Source: a virus
Taxonomy: Duplodnaviria > Caudoviricetes
IMG/VR virus record: IMGVR_UViG_3300046517_001147
Location: 4,463-68,462 of that record
DNA: 64,000 nt
Direction: 5' to 3' (one strand)
Shown in pieces: positions 8,637 to 17,988 of the stretch. The translations under genes were made by a program, and so were the position numbers. The notes beneath the pieces were generated by a model. It was not told where the DNA came from and made no database searches. It worked only from the letters and a program-made list of their open reading frames with translations. The stretch's first letter is position 1. The number at the start of each line of letters is the position of its first letter.

Positions 8637-9046
8637 TTGCTTTGCGTCTTTAGACGTTCCTGTTCTTCTCGCTGTTTTTCTTTTTTCCAATAGTCTGCCG
8701 GTACTTCTATTAAATTCACCTGGGTCTCAAAGGGAAGCGATCTGGAAATTGCTACGGCGTCTTCTATCGTGAATCGTTTGGCCATCGTGTAATCTTCGGT
8801 TAGCGTGAACCGATAACTGCTGTAGTACATCGAAGGACTAAAATCCCACGTAAAAATGTAGTAGCAAGTCTTGTACTCCTGCATTTCTTTCGAGAATTCG
8901 CTCCACCGCATCCTAGTTCTGTGGCACAGCAGTCTCGCAGCATAGTGGCGCTTCGCCTTGGCTACGGCAACGCAGCGTTTATGGCTTTCCTTTGCTGCCT
9001 GTAACAGCGCTTCAATCTCCTGCGCGTATGGGTGTGGTTTCTTCAT
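8633..9046 (-). CDS. hypothetical protein
   Basis: ATGA-coupled ORF. Confidence 0.55.
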   Translation of the reverse strand: MKKPHPYAQEIEALLQAAKESHKRCVAVAKAKRHYAARLLCHRTRMRWSEFSKEMQEYKTCYYIFTWDFSPSMYYSSYRFTLTEDYTMAKRFTIEDAVAISRSLPFETQVNLIEVPADYWKKEKQREEQERLKTQSK

Positions 9047-10515
9047 GGCTGGAATAGGTTCCCCGCTGCTCCTGGCTCGCGGTCCCGGTTGAGGATCGGC
9101 ACTTTATTGTGCTCAAATTCGACGCGGCCGATGCGCTTTAGCCCGGTGATGTTGGTGTACTGGCCTTTGGTCTGAAAGAATACTTCGGCTTCTTTGCCTT
9201 TGCCTTTGTCGAGATAGCCGTATATATCCTTATCCCAACATCCGGCTTCGCGTTTGGTACCTTCGGGCGTCTTGATGGTGACCATTGCAAAAGACTTCTC
9301 ACCTTTGAGCGTAACGAATACGCGCTCAATGGTTCCTTTTACGATGAACGGCTCGGCGCCGGGGCTCTGTGATTTCCCGGCGCTGGCCGTTGTGGTTTTA
9401 GGGGTCTCCTTTCGTTCGGTCTTTCCCTTCGGGGGAAGGTCTTTAGGGAAAATCTCTACGACGCGATAGTTAAGTTGCTTGCCCATTGCGTGAATGGTCG
9501 GAACGTCGGTCGGCAGGATGTGCCACCAATCTTCGCGCCATGTAGCGGTGCAATGCTTCTGAATTAGTTCAACTAGGTCGCCAATGTCGCCGCGTATGAT
9601 CGTGCCTTGATCGGCGCTGTGGACTAACTCTATGGTTCCGCGGGGTTTAGCTTCTTCATGCTTGCTGACGGCTTCCGCTTTTCCTTCTTCCACGCCGCGG
9701 GTGCGCCATTCCTCTACAGTTAGTGCCAGTGAGGGATCAGACTTCTTTTTCAGTTCTGCGTCGGCTGCTTCGACGCGCGCAAGCGCTGCCTCCGCCATCT
9801 TTGCTTTCTCGCTACCCGGCGTGTGGCCGTGGTCCACGTTTTCTACAAGCTGTGGCGGTTCGTCGTCCACGTCGGCGTTTGGATAGCGATAGATGCGGCC
9901 TTCTGGCGTTACTCCACCGACTACGCGCACGTTTTCGAGTTCGCTTTCGTCCAGAAAAGCCAATCCGCAAATAGATAGTGTGGCGCGGCGCTTGGCTTTG
10001 GTGCTGGCCTTCATAATCGCATTGCAGCGTTCCGTGCCGGATAAGTCCTGGCGCTGCTGGTTGTAATACTTGAATAGCGCGACGGAACCAACGCTAAAGT
10101 CTGTACGGCCGGTCCGATCTTGCACCTTTACCTGGACGTGGCAGTAGTCGCCTTCGATGGTTTGTTGGTGGTCAATCACAGACACGGCGTGAATCTTGCG
10201 AAGCTGCTCGGTGCAAGATTTGTTGGCGTACAACTGTAGTCTGCTCTGGCCCTGGCTGCCCGGCTCCTTGAATAGAATGTATTCGAACGGCCGGGTTAGG
10301 TGGTTCACGCCAACGGAGAGACACACTTTTTTTACGTAGTCCACCCGTTCCTCTGGCGTGAGTGCGGACAGGTCTCCACCAATCAAAACTCTTTCCACCT
10401 TCTCGCCAACGGAAAGCTGGTCCAGCGGGACGATAGCCCTAGAAGGGAATTTCTTCACCGTCCGCCTTGGTATTAAACGGTTTACGGGTTTCTTTGCTCT
10501 TTTCGTTTTCGGCAT
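9043..10515 (-). CDS. single-strand annealing recombinase (RecT/Redbeta-like) with a C-terminal OB-fold-like domain
   Basis: GDLSALTPEERVDY..VC.SVG.N..TRPF and NAIMKASTKAKRRATLSICGLAFLDESE; ATG 10515 with AGGAG RBS. Confidence 0.7.
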   Translation of the reverse strand: MPKTKRAKKPVNRLIPRRTVKKFPSRAIVPLDQLSVGEKVERVLIGGDLSALTPEERVDYVKKVCLSVGVNHLTRPFEYILFKEPGSQGQSRLQLYANKSCTEQLRKIHAVSVIDHQQTIEGDYCHVQVKVQDRTGRTDFSVGSVALFKYYNQQRQDLSGTERCNAIMKASTKAKRRATLSICGLAFLDESELENVRVVGGVTPEGRIYRYPNADVDDEPPQLVENVDHGHTPGSEKAKMAEAALARVEAADAELKKKSDPSLALTVEEWRTRGVEEGKAEAVSKHEEAKPRGTIELVHSADQGTIIRGDIGDLVELIQKHCTATWREDWWHILPTDVPTIHAMGKQLNYRVVEIFPKDLPPKGKTERKETPKTTTASAGKSQSPGAEPFIVKGTIERVFVTLKGEKSFAMVTIKTPEGTKREAGCWDKDIYGYLDKGKGKEAEVFFQTKGQYTNITGLKRIGRVEFEHNKVPILNRDREPGAAGNLFQP

Positions 10516-10753
10516 GGCTCTCCTCAATCTTGGTGCATCTGAATGCGGGTTTGATCTGGCGTAGGAAGTGTGAACCCTTGGACTCGGCTGCTTGGAATGC
10601 TTCCCAGTCTGCGGCCGTAAACGGCGTGTAGTGGTACACCTTGTCCGGTTCGCCGGCCTTGCGCGATACGAAAGACAGTTCCAGCGTTTCGCTTGTCTGG
10701 TCGTAGGCAATGCCGGTCATGCCGGTCTTACTGGTGATCGGTGTTCTTTGCAT
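10439..10753 (-). CDS. KTSC-domain protein
   Basis: IAYDQTSETLELSF...VYHY...AFQAAESKGSHFLRQIK. Confidence 0.85.
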   Translation of the reverse strand: MQRTPITSKTGMTGIAYDQTSETLELSFVSRKAGEPDKVYHYTPFTAADWEAFQAAESKGSHFLRQIKPAFRCTKIEESHAENEKSKETRKPFNTKADGEEIPF

Positions 10754-10979
10754 GGCATCTCCTCTCCTTGTCTAATGCTGCGGTTGCTCCTGCGATAAAC
10801 CAGAAACCAATTACATCCGTTGCGGCATCGGGTGTCATGTGTCCCAGATGTTTGTGTGCTAGGTCAGTGAAGTCATCCGCTGTTAGGTCCACGTCGGTTA
10901 GTTCCTTGGCGTGGTCGGCCATTACGCCAAACACTTTCGAATCACACTTCATGATCTGTTCTAATTGGGCGCGGTCCAT
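10728..10979 (-). CDS. hypothetical protein
   Basis: AAGGA RBS; packed operon. Confidence 0.55.
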   Translation of the reverse strand: MDRAQLEQIMKCDSKVFGVMADHAKELTDVDLTADDFTDLAHKHLGHMTPDAATDVIGFWFIAGATAALDKERRCHAKNTDHQ

Positions 10980-10981
10980 GG

Positions 10982-11629
10982 TCAGTCCTTTCTGCACTTC
11001 ACGCCTGGGATTTGCTTCATAAAGGCGGCAGGGTCTTTCAGTTCGCGAGCGTATTCGCGGAGCGCTTGTTCGTCATGAGTAATGAATTGCTGTAAGAAGT
11101 CGGCGCGTTTCCTGTCGCGATCTTTCATTGCCTTGTACCAGGCTTTCAAGATTGCGCGGCCGTCGGTAACTTCGACGGGGTACGTGGTGCTTCGCCGGTA
11201 TCCTCCTACGCTTGGCAGGTTTGGTTGCACCTTCACTTCTTCGCCTAACTTCTTCTGCTCCTTCGCGGTGGCTTCTAGTTCCTGGCGTTCCCAGTCTTTC
11301 ATTTTGGGCAAGGCTATCGCTTCGATTTCCTGACAAGTGTTCTCCGCTGCTTGCTGCTTCATTTTCAGGAAGTCTTTAACGCGGGTGATTATCCCGTTGA
11401 AAGGCGAGAATAGCGGGGCGATCTGTGTTTTCCGCATGTTGCGAGACTCGGACAGGATTGCACCCAATTCCTGATAACTGGCTGTGTCGGTAACTTTGAG
11501 CGTTTGCGCTTTCTCGCGCATGGGAATAAGCTGCGCGCTCAAGTCTGCGGCGGTCGCCAGTGCGGTTTCCAGGTTTGGCAATTCAAGTGAAGGCAATTCA
11601 GGCTTTACGATCTGCGTTTCGAGTTCCAT
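10982..11629 (-). CDS. coiled-coil recombination-module protein (Gp157/Gam-like)
   Basis: Long helical body ending in IPGVK; located next to the SSAP. Confidence 0.5.
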   Translation of the reverse strand: MELETQIVKPELPSLELPNLETALATAADLSAQLIPMREKAQTLKVTDTASYQELGAILSESRNMRKTQIAPLFSPFNGIITRVKDFLKMKQQAAENTCQEIEAIALPKMKDWERQELEATAKEQKKLGEEVKVQPNLPSVGGYRRSTTYPVEVTDGRAILKAWYKAMKDRDRKRADFLQQFITHDEQALREYARELKDPAAFMKQIPGVKCRKD

Positions 11630-11642
11630 ACTTCCTCCCGAT

Positions 11643-11999
11643 TTATAGAAATTCTTCGCGTAACTGGTACGTCTTGCGTTTCCCGCGTGGTCCGCGTTTC
11701 GCCCATCCGTGTAGGATTACTTCGCCTCCGGAGTCCTTCCACGTCTGCAACTCTGGAATGGCCAGCAATTTATCCTTGTGCTTCGCAAAGTCTGTACTGC
11801 AACACTGAACTAAAGCGATCTGTCCTGGCTGGTGGTCGCCGTCCAACGGTCTGCATGCCAGTAAATCCCCAATTCCAAAGGCATCGATGCGTTTCCCGAA
11901 TGGCATGTTCGGATGCTTGATAAACTTCTCCACTATACAAACGGTCCATCCGTTATCTCGCAAGTGTTTCAAGCTCCGTTGGACTGGCTTACTCGCCAT
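11643..11999 (-). CDS. PD-(D/E)xK nuclease, Holliday-junction-resolvase-like
   Basis: LRDNGWTVCIVEK...RIDAFGIGDLLA...LVQC...HGW. Confidence 0.7.
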   Translation of the reverse strand: MASKPVQRSLKHLRDNGWTVCIVEKFIKHPNMPFGKRIDAFGIGDLLACRPLDGDHQPGQIALVQCCSTDFAKHKDKLLAIPELQTWKDSGGEVILHGWAKRGPRGKRKTYQLREEFL

Positions 12000-12000
12000 T

Positions 12001-12225
12001 TCAAGTCATCCAAAGAACTGCGGCAACTACGGCTAGGGTGATTACGACCTTCACGGCGAACCAGGCAAGCGCTTTAACAAGTTTCACGTTGGCGGCGCGG
12101 TCCTGCTTGCGTTCGCGAGCGTAGAATGCTCGCATGGCGTCTGCTTCGCGTTCGTCTTCAATGTCCAATGCCTTGATGCAGACTTCTACATCCTTACGGC
12201 TCGGTATGTTGAGACTGGGTTTCAC
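12001..12225 (-). CDS. C-terminally anchored membrane protein
   Basis: GTG with GGAGG; C-terminal TM segment. Confidence 0.55.
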   Translation of the reverse strand: MKPSLNIPSRKDVEVCIKALDIEDEREADAMRAFYARERKQDRAANVKLVKALAWFAVKVVITLAVVAAVLWMT

Positions 12226-12665
12226 GTTGTTTTCCTCCAAAGGATTGCGAACACTAAACCAGCAAACAGAAAAGCGATTGTGGAAGGTTCTGGGGTGGTA
12301 ATTGGAACGTCGCCAAAGTCGATTGAGGTCGGGCTGATCGAGACCGTCACATTGGGATTTATGGCTATGCGGGATTGCGTCCACACAACGGGCTCCGCTT
12401 TCTCGTCGGTTATTTCAGTTGGTCCACCTGGCCAAACGTAAAGCCCGATGGCTTTGAGTACTGCATTGATTGAAAGTTGTAGGGAGTCGGCGTTCGCGGC
12501 TATCTGCGCGTTTAGCAGGTTTCCCGCGAGGTCCAGGTCAACGCCTGGGGCGAGCGGTAACACGGTACTCGCGTCCAGTTCTGCGGCAACCTGCGTGATT
12601 GTGTCTGCGTGTGCTGTGGCCGCACAAAAGAAAGCTGCGGCGATTGCTAGGTTACGTAGTTGCAT
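12222..12665 (-). CDS. PEP-CTERM sorting-domain surface protein
   Basis: Signal peptide MQLRNLAIAAAFFCAATAHA-DTI; C-terminus TPEPSTIAFLFAGLVFAILWRKTT (PEP, TM helix, basic tail). Confidence 0.88.
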   Translation of the reverse strand: MQLRNLAIAAAFFCAATAHADTITQVAAELDASTVLPLAPGVDLDLAGNLLNAQIAANADSLQLSINAVLKAIGLYVWPGGPTEITDEKAEPVVWTQSRIAINPNVTVSISPTSIDFGDVPITTPEPSTIAFLFAGLVFAILWRKTT

Positions 12666-12951
12666 TTTTGTTTTTCTCCTCATAGGCTCGGCGTAGTAAA
12701 AGCTGTAGCGGGTCGGTCTCCGCTGCGTGATCTCCGCATCCGCATGGCAGCGCTACCAGGCCGTCGGCGTTGGTTCCCGAAACCCAAACGTCCTTCTCGT
12801 AGTCGCATCCGTATTTCGGGTCATGAAAGCTGATCGGGTGTCCGCATCCTTCGCAGTTGACCGGCTCCGGTGTACGGGTTTTCAAGTTTAGGTATTCGGT
12901 CGGGTCTTGCTTGCGTTCCAGTGCTAGTTCTACTGCTCGGTCGTAGCTCAT
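12652..12951 (-). CDS. Cys-rich hypothetical protein, first gene of the middle operon
   Basis: CEGCGH..H...C...CGC; GAGGAGG RBS. Confidence 0.6.
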   Translation of the reverse strand: MSYDRAVELALERKQDPTEYLNLKTRTPEPVNCEGCGHPISFHDPKYGCDYEKDVWVSGTNADGLVALPCGCGDHAAETDPLQLLLRRAYEEKNKNATT

Positions 12952-12959
12952 ATTTCCTC

Positions 12960-13048
12960 CTCAATTCCTGCATGGTACGCTGATTTGCGGACAAGTCAAG
13001 TTAAATCTTGCTTGCGTGTCCGCTTATTTGCGTGTATAAAAGTCTCCT
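12960..13048. promoter_or_regulatory. divergent promoters with operators 2 and 3
   Basis: Leftward TTGACT-N16-TACCAT; rightward TTGCGT-N17-TATAAA; operators ggtacgc-tgattt-gcggaca (12974-12993) and tgtccgc-ttattt-gcgtgta (13017-13036). Confidence 0.75.
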
Positions 13049-13261
13049 ATGACTGATCTGCAAGTGCTGGCCCGACTAACTAAGTACTCTAAGCGCTACA
13101 AGAACATTCGCGAGGCTGCGGCATCTCTCAACATCTCTAAAACGTACATGGGTGATATTCTGCGCGGTCGTCGGCCGGTTCCGGATTCAGTCTTGGCCGC
13201 TATCGGTTTGGAGCGTGTTACCGGATACCGGCGCGTTGTCGCCTACAAGTCTGCGGATTGA
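13049..13261 (+). CDS. Cro/CI-type HTH repressor
   Basis: NIREAAASLNISKTYMGDILRGRRPVPDSVLAAIGL; lone + strand gene inside the minus-strand arm; apparently leaderless. Confidence 0.8.
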   Translation: MTDLQVLARLTKYSKRYKNIREAAASLNISKTYMGDILRGRRPVPDSVLAAIGLERVTGYRRVVAYKSAD

Positions 13262-13663
13262 ATTGTTTGATGAGTACGTGCGCGCTTCCAGCGTAGCAAT
13301 GTGGAACACACGGCCGGGCTGCTCTCCCTGATCGGCGTATGGCGCGGTCAATGATTCAATCTTCCAGTAGTTTTTAGTCCGGCCTAGAATGCGGCCGGTA
13401 AATTCATGCTGGCGGCCGGAGTTGGTGAACCTGGCAATTACTAGGTCACCCGTTTGGTAGTGGTCCAAGGTCGGATGCATCTCTTTGCGTACTTCACCCG
13501 CGAGCGTTCCTCTGCTTATCATTGGCTTTTCCTCTCGTCTAAATTCTCCGAATAGTGTTTCCCCTAGGCGTTTCATTGCTGCTTGGCGTGCGCGTTTGGA
13601 CATATGACCGGAGGGCGACGATAGAGCTATCGCGTCTCCGGTCGAGAATGGTTTGCGGGTCAT
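13187..13663 (-). CDS. hypothetical early protein
   Basis: ATGA-coupled; its 3' end overlaps the repressor gene convergently. Confidence 0.55.
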   Translation of the reverse strand: MTRKPFSTGDAIALSSPSGHMSKRARQAAMKRLGETLFGEFRREEKPMISRGTLAGEVRKEMHPTLDHYQTGDLVIARFTNSGRQHEFTGRILGRTKNYWKIESLTAPYADQGEQPGRVFHIATLEARTYSSNNSIRRLVGDNAPVSGNTLQTDSGQD

Positions 13664-13896
13664 GCGAGTGCTTTCTTGATGCGTTCTGGCGTGTCAATTG
13701 CGGTTCCCACGTGTCCCATGTTGTTAAAGTTTTGCGCCAGTTTTCTGGCAAATTCTTCACACATCGGGCCGTGATGCCGGATGATATTGCGATCCGTATC
13801 TACGTGAGAAACGTACCAGGTCGTACCAGTCTGCACATCTCGCGCTACAAGTGCGCGCGAAGCTGAAGGCATAATGCTATTTTCAAAGTGTGACAT
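13660..13896 (-). CDS. hypothetical early protein
   Basis: packed operon. Confidence 0.5.
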   Translation of the reverse strand: MSHFENSIMPSASRALVARDVQTGTTWYVSHVDTDRNIIRHHGPMCEEFARKLAQNFNNMGHVGTAIDTPERIKKALA

Positions 13897-13897
13897 T

Positions 13898-14182
13898 TTA
13901 GGCTCGCATCCGTTCTCTAATCTCTGGTTTGGCGTACCATTCGCGGCATATCGCGGCATAGGTTTGGCAGCATACGCAGTACTGCTCCTCTGGCAATTTG
14001 AGTTCTACGCAGTCCGTGCCCACTTCGGCCGCGTCACAAGTGTCGGGTATATCGACCGGCCATCGCGTTTCGAAAAACTCCGCGAATATCTGGGTGCGGT
14101 GAGCGCGGAGTTGCGCGATCGTTTCCGCTGCGGTCAAGTTGTTGCTTGTGGTCACTTCTGGTTCTATGGGCTGGTGCGTCAT
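13898..14182 (-). CDS. hypothetical early protein
   Basis: GGAGGAAGG RBS. Confidence 0.5.
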   Translation of the reverse strand: MTHQPIEPEVTTSNNLTAAETIAQLRAHRTQIFAEFFETRWPVDIPDTCDAAEVGTDCVELKLPEEQYCVCCQTYAAICREWYAKPEIRERMRA

Positions 14183-14188
14183 TGGGCG

Positions 14189-14467
14189 TTAATCCTTCCT
14201 CCTGCAATCTTCGAGATATTGGGCGTGATTGTAGTCGAGTGCGCTTGACAAGTCTTCGGCTTCTGGGTCGTCGTGGTCGTCTAACCTGTGGCCGTGGTCC
14301 TGAATGTTGGTCAGTTCGGTCCATAGGTGCGTCTGTACGTGGTTTGTAAACGCTTCGGCTATTTCGCTTGGGGTTGCGTCGGGTAACAGTTTGCGGAGCG
14401 CTGACTGTGCGAGTGTTAGCGCGTCGTCAAGTATTGCGAGCGTGCGGTCATCATCGCGGAGTGTCAT
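14189..14467 (-). CDS. hypothetical early protein
   Basis: GGAAGG RBS. Confidence 0.5.
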   Translation of the reverse strand: MTLRDDDRTLAILDDALTLAQSALRKLLPDATPSEIAEAFTNHVQTHLWTELTNIQDHGHRLDDHDDPEAEDLSSALDYNHAQYLEDCRRKD

Positions 14468-14468
14468 G

Positions 14469-14894
14469 TTATACCTTCCCTTCTGCGGCCGCGATTGCGG
14501 CGCGTGCCATCGCGTGTGCTTGACTGATTATGGCTTCTGAGTTTTCGGCGTGGCCAGTTACCAAACGGCGGCAAGCTGCTAGCAGGTCCGGCGCTGCGGC
14601 GATAAGGCGCGCGTTGGCTTCATAAAAACCGCATACTAGTGCTAGGTTTTTACCGTCTGCGTCTGCGTAAACTGCAAAGTCATGTTTACCTGCGAGTGCT
14701 TGATAATTCCACGGTCCTGGCGTGTGTTTCGGTTCTGTATTTTGAATATGCAAGGCGTGTTCACTCTCTACGTGTTCGCGCCTGGCGCATCCGGTGTAAC
14801 TCAAATTCCACCCGCCACAACTGCAAGTGGCATGCGCGTCTGATAGTGAATGAATCTTTAATTTGTGGGTTGCGTTGTTCATGGCGTTTTCCAT
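14469..14894 (-). CDS. conserved phage early protein
   Basis: KHTPGPW...ANARLIAAAPDLLAAC, a motif common in phage early genes. Confidence 0.7.
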   Translation of the reverse strand: MENAMNNATHKLKIHSLSDAHATCSCGGWNLSYTGCARREHVESEHALHIQNTEPKHTPGPWNYQALAGKHDFAVYADADGKNLALVCGFYEANARLIAAAPDLLAACRRLVTGHAENSEAIISQAHAMARAAIAAAEGKV

Positions 14895-14930
14895 TTCGAA
14901 GGAAGGGGAGAGAAAAACTCTCCCCAGTCC

Positions 14931-16010
14931 TTAGAATGTGGCCTCCATTAACTTACCCGCTGCGCGGTCCAGTTCGGTGCGGCCGTCGGCGTACTTGATC
15001 GTCTGAGAAAAGCGCGTGAGCCCTTGAACCATTCCCCAAACGGTGTTGCGTGGTCCGTCCTGGGCAACGTTGACGGCATCATAACCCGCGTCTATGGCTT
15101 TGCGGGTCAGTCCTGGGATGCGCTTCCCAAAGAGTGCGTCAAGTACTTGCTCTTTGTTGGCGCCAATGATGCGCGTTTTGGAAGCTGCGATCTGTGCTTC
15201 CAGGTCGGAAGTGGATTCCTCAGCGTACCGGCGGACGGCCGCAAAGTAATGTGACCACTTGCTGCGAGCGTTTCCAACGTGGCGGACGGAAATTTCCACC
15301 ACTTTAGAGGCTCCCCAAATGATGTGGTTCCCGCACATTTCGCGGTACAGGAAGCGGGTTAACTTGAGTGCTGAGGCTCCAACTTCGGAGTTTTGCACGA
15401 TGACACCCTTGTAAACGGCGCCATCTGATCCGCGTTCGGTAACGGTCAAGTCTGAATTGCGAAGGAAGGCGAACATATCATGGTCGCTGGCATACAGGGC
15501 GGGAAAGTCGTCCTCTTTGCAGCGAATATCAGGCATAGCCGGTGCCCATCCTTGCTGCTCCAATCCCAAGAGCCGTTCGGCTACCTCATAATTCCAGATG
15601 CGGGAATAGTCGTCGGTCACAATCGAGCGGAGCAGCAATCCGCCGTTCTCGTGGAACATCAAATTGGCCACGGCGTTGGCGGCGCCATTCTGCAAGCGTG
15701 CGGCCAGTCCGTAGTTAAGGTTCTGGCAAGCGAGGGTAGCGGGGAGTTCGCGCAAGTAGGATGCCGGTGCTTCGAGTCGGGCGCAAAGCTGGCCAAACGC
15801 CCAATGCGTGAGCTTCGCGGGTACTCCGGCCTTGCCTACCAGTTGCACATCACCGTCCACATTCTCAACGCGCAAGTCTGCGAAGGGCATACGCTTTTCT
15901 TTGGCAATGTCTGCGTAGTGCTTGGTTGCGTCGTACAGCGATTGCAGACTGGAAAACCGTTCGTCTGCTGGTCGTGTGCTCCATTGTTTATTTGCTGCAA
16001 AGAGTTCCAT
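14931..16010 (-). CDS. DUF932-family protein
   Basis: LYASDHDMFAFL, KGVIVQNSEVG, FLYREMCGNHIIWG, SVRHVG, TVWGMVQGLT. Confidence 0.8.
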   Translation of the reverse strand: MELFAANKQWSTRPADERFSSLQSLYDATKHYADIAKEKRMPFADLRVENVDGDVQLVGKAGVPAKLTHWAFGQLCARLEAPASYLRELPATLACQNLNYGLAARLQNGAANAVANLMFHENGGLLLRSIVTDDYSRIWNYEVAERLLGLEQQGWAPAMPDIRCKEDDFPALYASDHDMFAFLRNSDLTVTERGSDGAVYKGVIVQNSEVGASALKLTRFLYREMCGNHIIWGASKVVEISVRHVGNARSKWSHYFAAVRRYAEESTSDLEAQIAASKTRIIGANKEQVLDALFGKRIPGLTRKAIDAGYDAVNVAQDGPRNTVWGMVQGLTRFSQTIKYADGRTELDRAAGKLMEATF

Positions 16011-16111
16011 TTGCTTTATCCTTTTGCCCTACCGTGCCTTGGCTGGCCACTGTGGGCGGACCGTGTTAGGCGGTCAGAGCGGGGCACGTTGCGGTGCCCT
16101 ACTCAAACGGT

Positions 16112-16432
16112 CTAACTCTTTTTCCCTTCCCAGTCCGCGAGTAACCTATAGTGTGCGGCAACTGTGCGAAGGTGGTTAGAGTCGGTGATGATTACTTCGG
16201 TGTATCCATTTCCGGCCGGTGAGTATGCTTCGATGATCTGCCCTGACTGAAAGTCTAGGCGTGACACTTTTCCTTCGGGGGTCTCCATATCGTAGCCGTA
16301 GGATCGGTGGGCTTTGACTGTACGGGGCTTTGGTGCGGTCATTGGAACATAGCAGCCGATTAGTTCCAATTTCCGCCCAACGTAGAAAAGCGTTTTCAGT
16401 TCCTTGCGTGAGATTACTTGCGTTGAGCCCAT
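16112..16432 (-). CDS. hypothetical early protein
   Basis: AAGGAG RBS. Confidence 0.55.
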   Translation of the reverse strand: MGSTQVISRKELKTLFYVGRKLELIGCYVPMTAPKPRTVKAHRSYGYDMETPEGKVSRLDFQSGQIIEAYSPAGNGYTEVIITDSNHLRTVAAHYRLLADWEGKKS

Positions 16433-16567
16433 GTTGTTAACTCCTTCCCAATCGCGAAGCGATAACGCGAACAAACGAAACAAAGATAACGAGTATCACC
16501 AATGCCGGAGCGTTGGCGTCTAGCATGCTGCTAATTGCTTGGGCGGCGGTCTGTAGGGTGTCCATGG

Positions 16568-16876
16568 TTATGCCTTCCTTTCCAGGTCAACGCGAGTAAT
16601 GCCGGCGTCGAACGGTTCGGCGTTGGTGTATTGGCGGATGTGCTCATTGCGGGGTTCTTCGCGCCAGGTTAGATACTCCTGATACTTGCGGAGTTCATAA
16701 CCGTAAATGGCATGCAGGTCTAGCACGGTGGCGCTGCTGCTGATCTGTCCATCGTCTGATACGCTTACGCGCTTTCCGCCTACGCAATAATCGTTAGAGT
16801 TAAAAGCGCGCGAAATGAAGCGGACAACATTAGGACTACAAACGTGTCCGTGATAACCACATTGTTGGCGGTCCAT
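16568..16876 (-). CDS. hypothetical early protein
   Basis: TAATG coupling. Confidence 0.55.
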   Translation of the reverse strand: MDRQQCGYHGHVCSPNVVRFISRAFNSNDYCVGGKRVSVSDDGQISSSATVLDLHAIYGYELRKYQEYLTWREEPRNEHIRQYTNAEPFDAGITRVDLERKA

Positions 16877-17085
16877 TAGAGGGTCACCGTCACGGCATAG
16901 CCTTCGCGCTTCCAATACTCAAAAGCGTTTACGGTACGGTAGCAACGCGCTTTGTAAGTGGGATTAACACACAAGCCGTCAATCCAGTTGTACGCGCTCT
17001 GCTGGTCGGGGAAAGTTCCGCAAACAACTCCGGTCTCGGCGTGAATGACTAGGGTTTGGGTTGAGGGAATGGCGGTGGGCAGCAT
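16876..17085 (-). CDS. hypothetical early protein
   Basis: TAATG coupling. Confidence 0.5.
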   Translation of the reverse strand: MLPTAIPSTQTLVIHAETGVVCGTFPDQQSAYNWIDGLCVNPTYKARCYRTVNAFEYWKREGYAVTVTL

Positions 17086-17843
17086 TAGAACACCACGTCC
17101 TGCTTGGCAGTCTTCGGGAATCCAGGGCGGGAAAACGGCCGGTCAAATGACGGAACGTGGCGCGGTGTCTGCTGTAAGCGGCGGGGGAGTTTCTCCGGTT
17201 CGCGCTTAAACTCGTCAATCATGTCCATAATGTTGACGGTCTCTCCACGCATGGCGCGGTCGTAGGCGGAGTCTTTCGGCGGTTCGGGAGTCTCGCGTAC
17301 CAGTTCGCAATTCTCGTCAAGCGTGAAAGTCTCAATCGTGGCTTCGGGGGAAAACTTCTCAATCTGCCGGTTAACATGCACGGCGGTTGAGTGGTCCAGC
17401 AATTCGGCTTCGTCGGTGTCTTCTTCACCGGCATACGGGATATTCTCCGGCGTGGCGTCGGGCTCATTGCCGTACAGAATGCCGTTGTAGCAGGGCATAG
17501 CAGGTTGAGCGGGAGTATAAGGTACGGTAACGCGGTCCGTGCCTACGAGCTCCGTCTGCGATACGTGGAATACCGTAACAGTCCATGGGCGGCGCTCTTC
17601 GCGGCCATTCTTGCCAGTCTTGGTGATAAAGGTGAGACACTTCACGCCATGTTCGCCCTTGCGGACCTGGCGGCCGTTCGCTTTCCATGCGTTGTACGAG
17701 AACACATTAACGCGGGGAATGATCTGATCTTCCGGGATTCCCTTCGCCATAAAGCCCCGAATGATCGGCGCATAATTGCTAAAGGATTGACCGGAAACTG
17801 CGCGGGTAAGTGCTTCTTGCTGGATTGCTGCTGAAGTGGCCAT
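17085..17843 (-). CDS. ArdC-like ssDNA-binding (antirestriction N-terminal domain) protein with an acidic tail
   Basis: VFSYNAWKANGRQVRKGEHG...TVFHVSQTE; AAGGAG RBS; first gene of the early operon. Confidence 0.75.
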   Translation of the reverse strand: MATSAAIQQEALTRAVSGQSFSNYAPIIRGFMAKGIPEDQIIPRVNVFSYNAWKANGRQVRKGEHGVKCLTFITKTGKNGREERRPWTVTVFHVSQTELVGTDRVTVPYTPAQPAMPCYNGILYGNEPDATPENIPYAGEEDTDEAELLDHSTAVHVNRQIEKFSPEATIETFTLDENCELVRETPEPPKDSAYDRAMRGETVNIMDMIDEFKREPEKLPRRLQQTPRHVPSFDRPFSRPGFPKTAKQDVVF

Positions 17844-17894
17844 CTGTAAAGCTCCTTGCCAACTGAGCCCTTTCGTCGGGCATCCGTGGCAAAA

Positions 17895-17926
17895 CAAATG
17901 TACGCTAAACTGCGGACAACGTCAAG
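17895..17926 (-). promoter_or_regulatory. early promoter with operator 4
   Basis: TTGACG-N17-TACATT on the minus strand; tgtacgc-taaact-gcggaca at 17899-17918. Confidence 0.75.
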
Positions 17927-17988
17927 CAAATTCGTATGAGTAAACGAAAATAATTTAAGTTTGTGAGTACTGGTGCTAAGCTCGCTGC

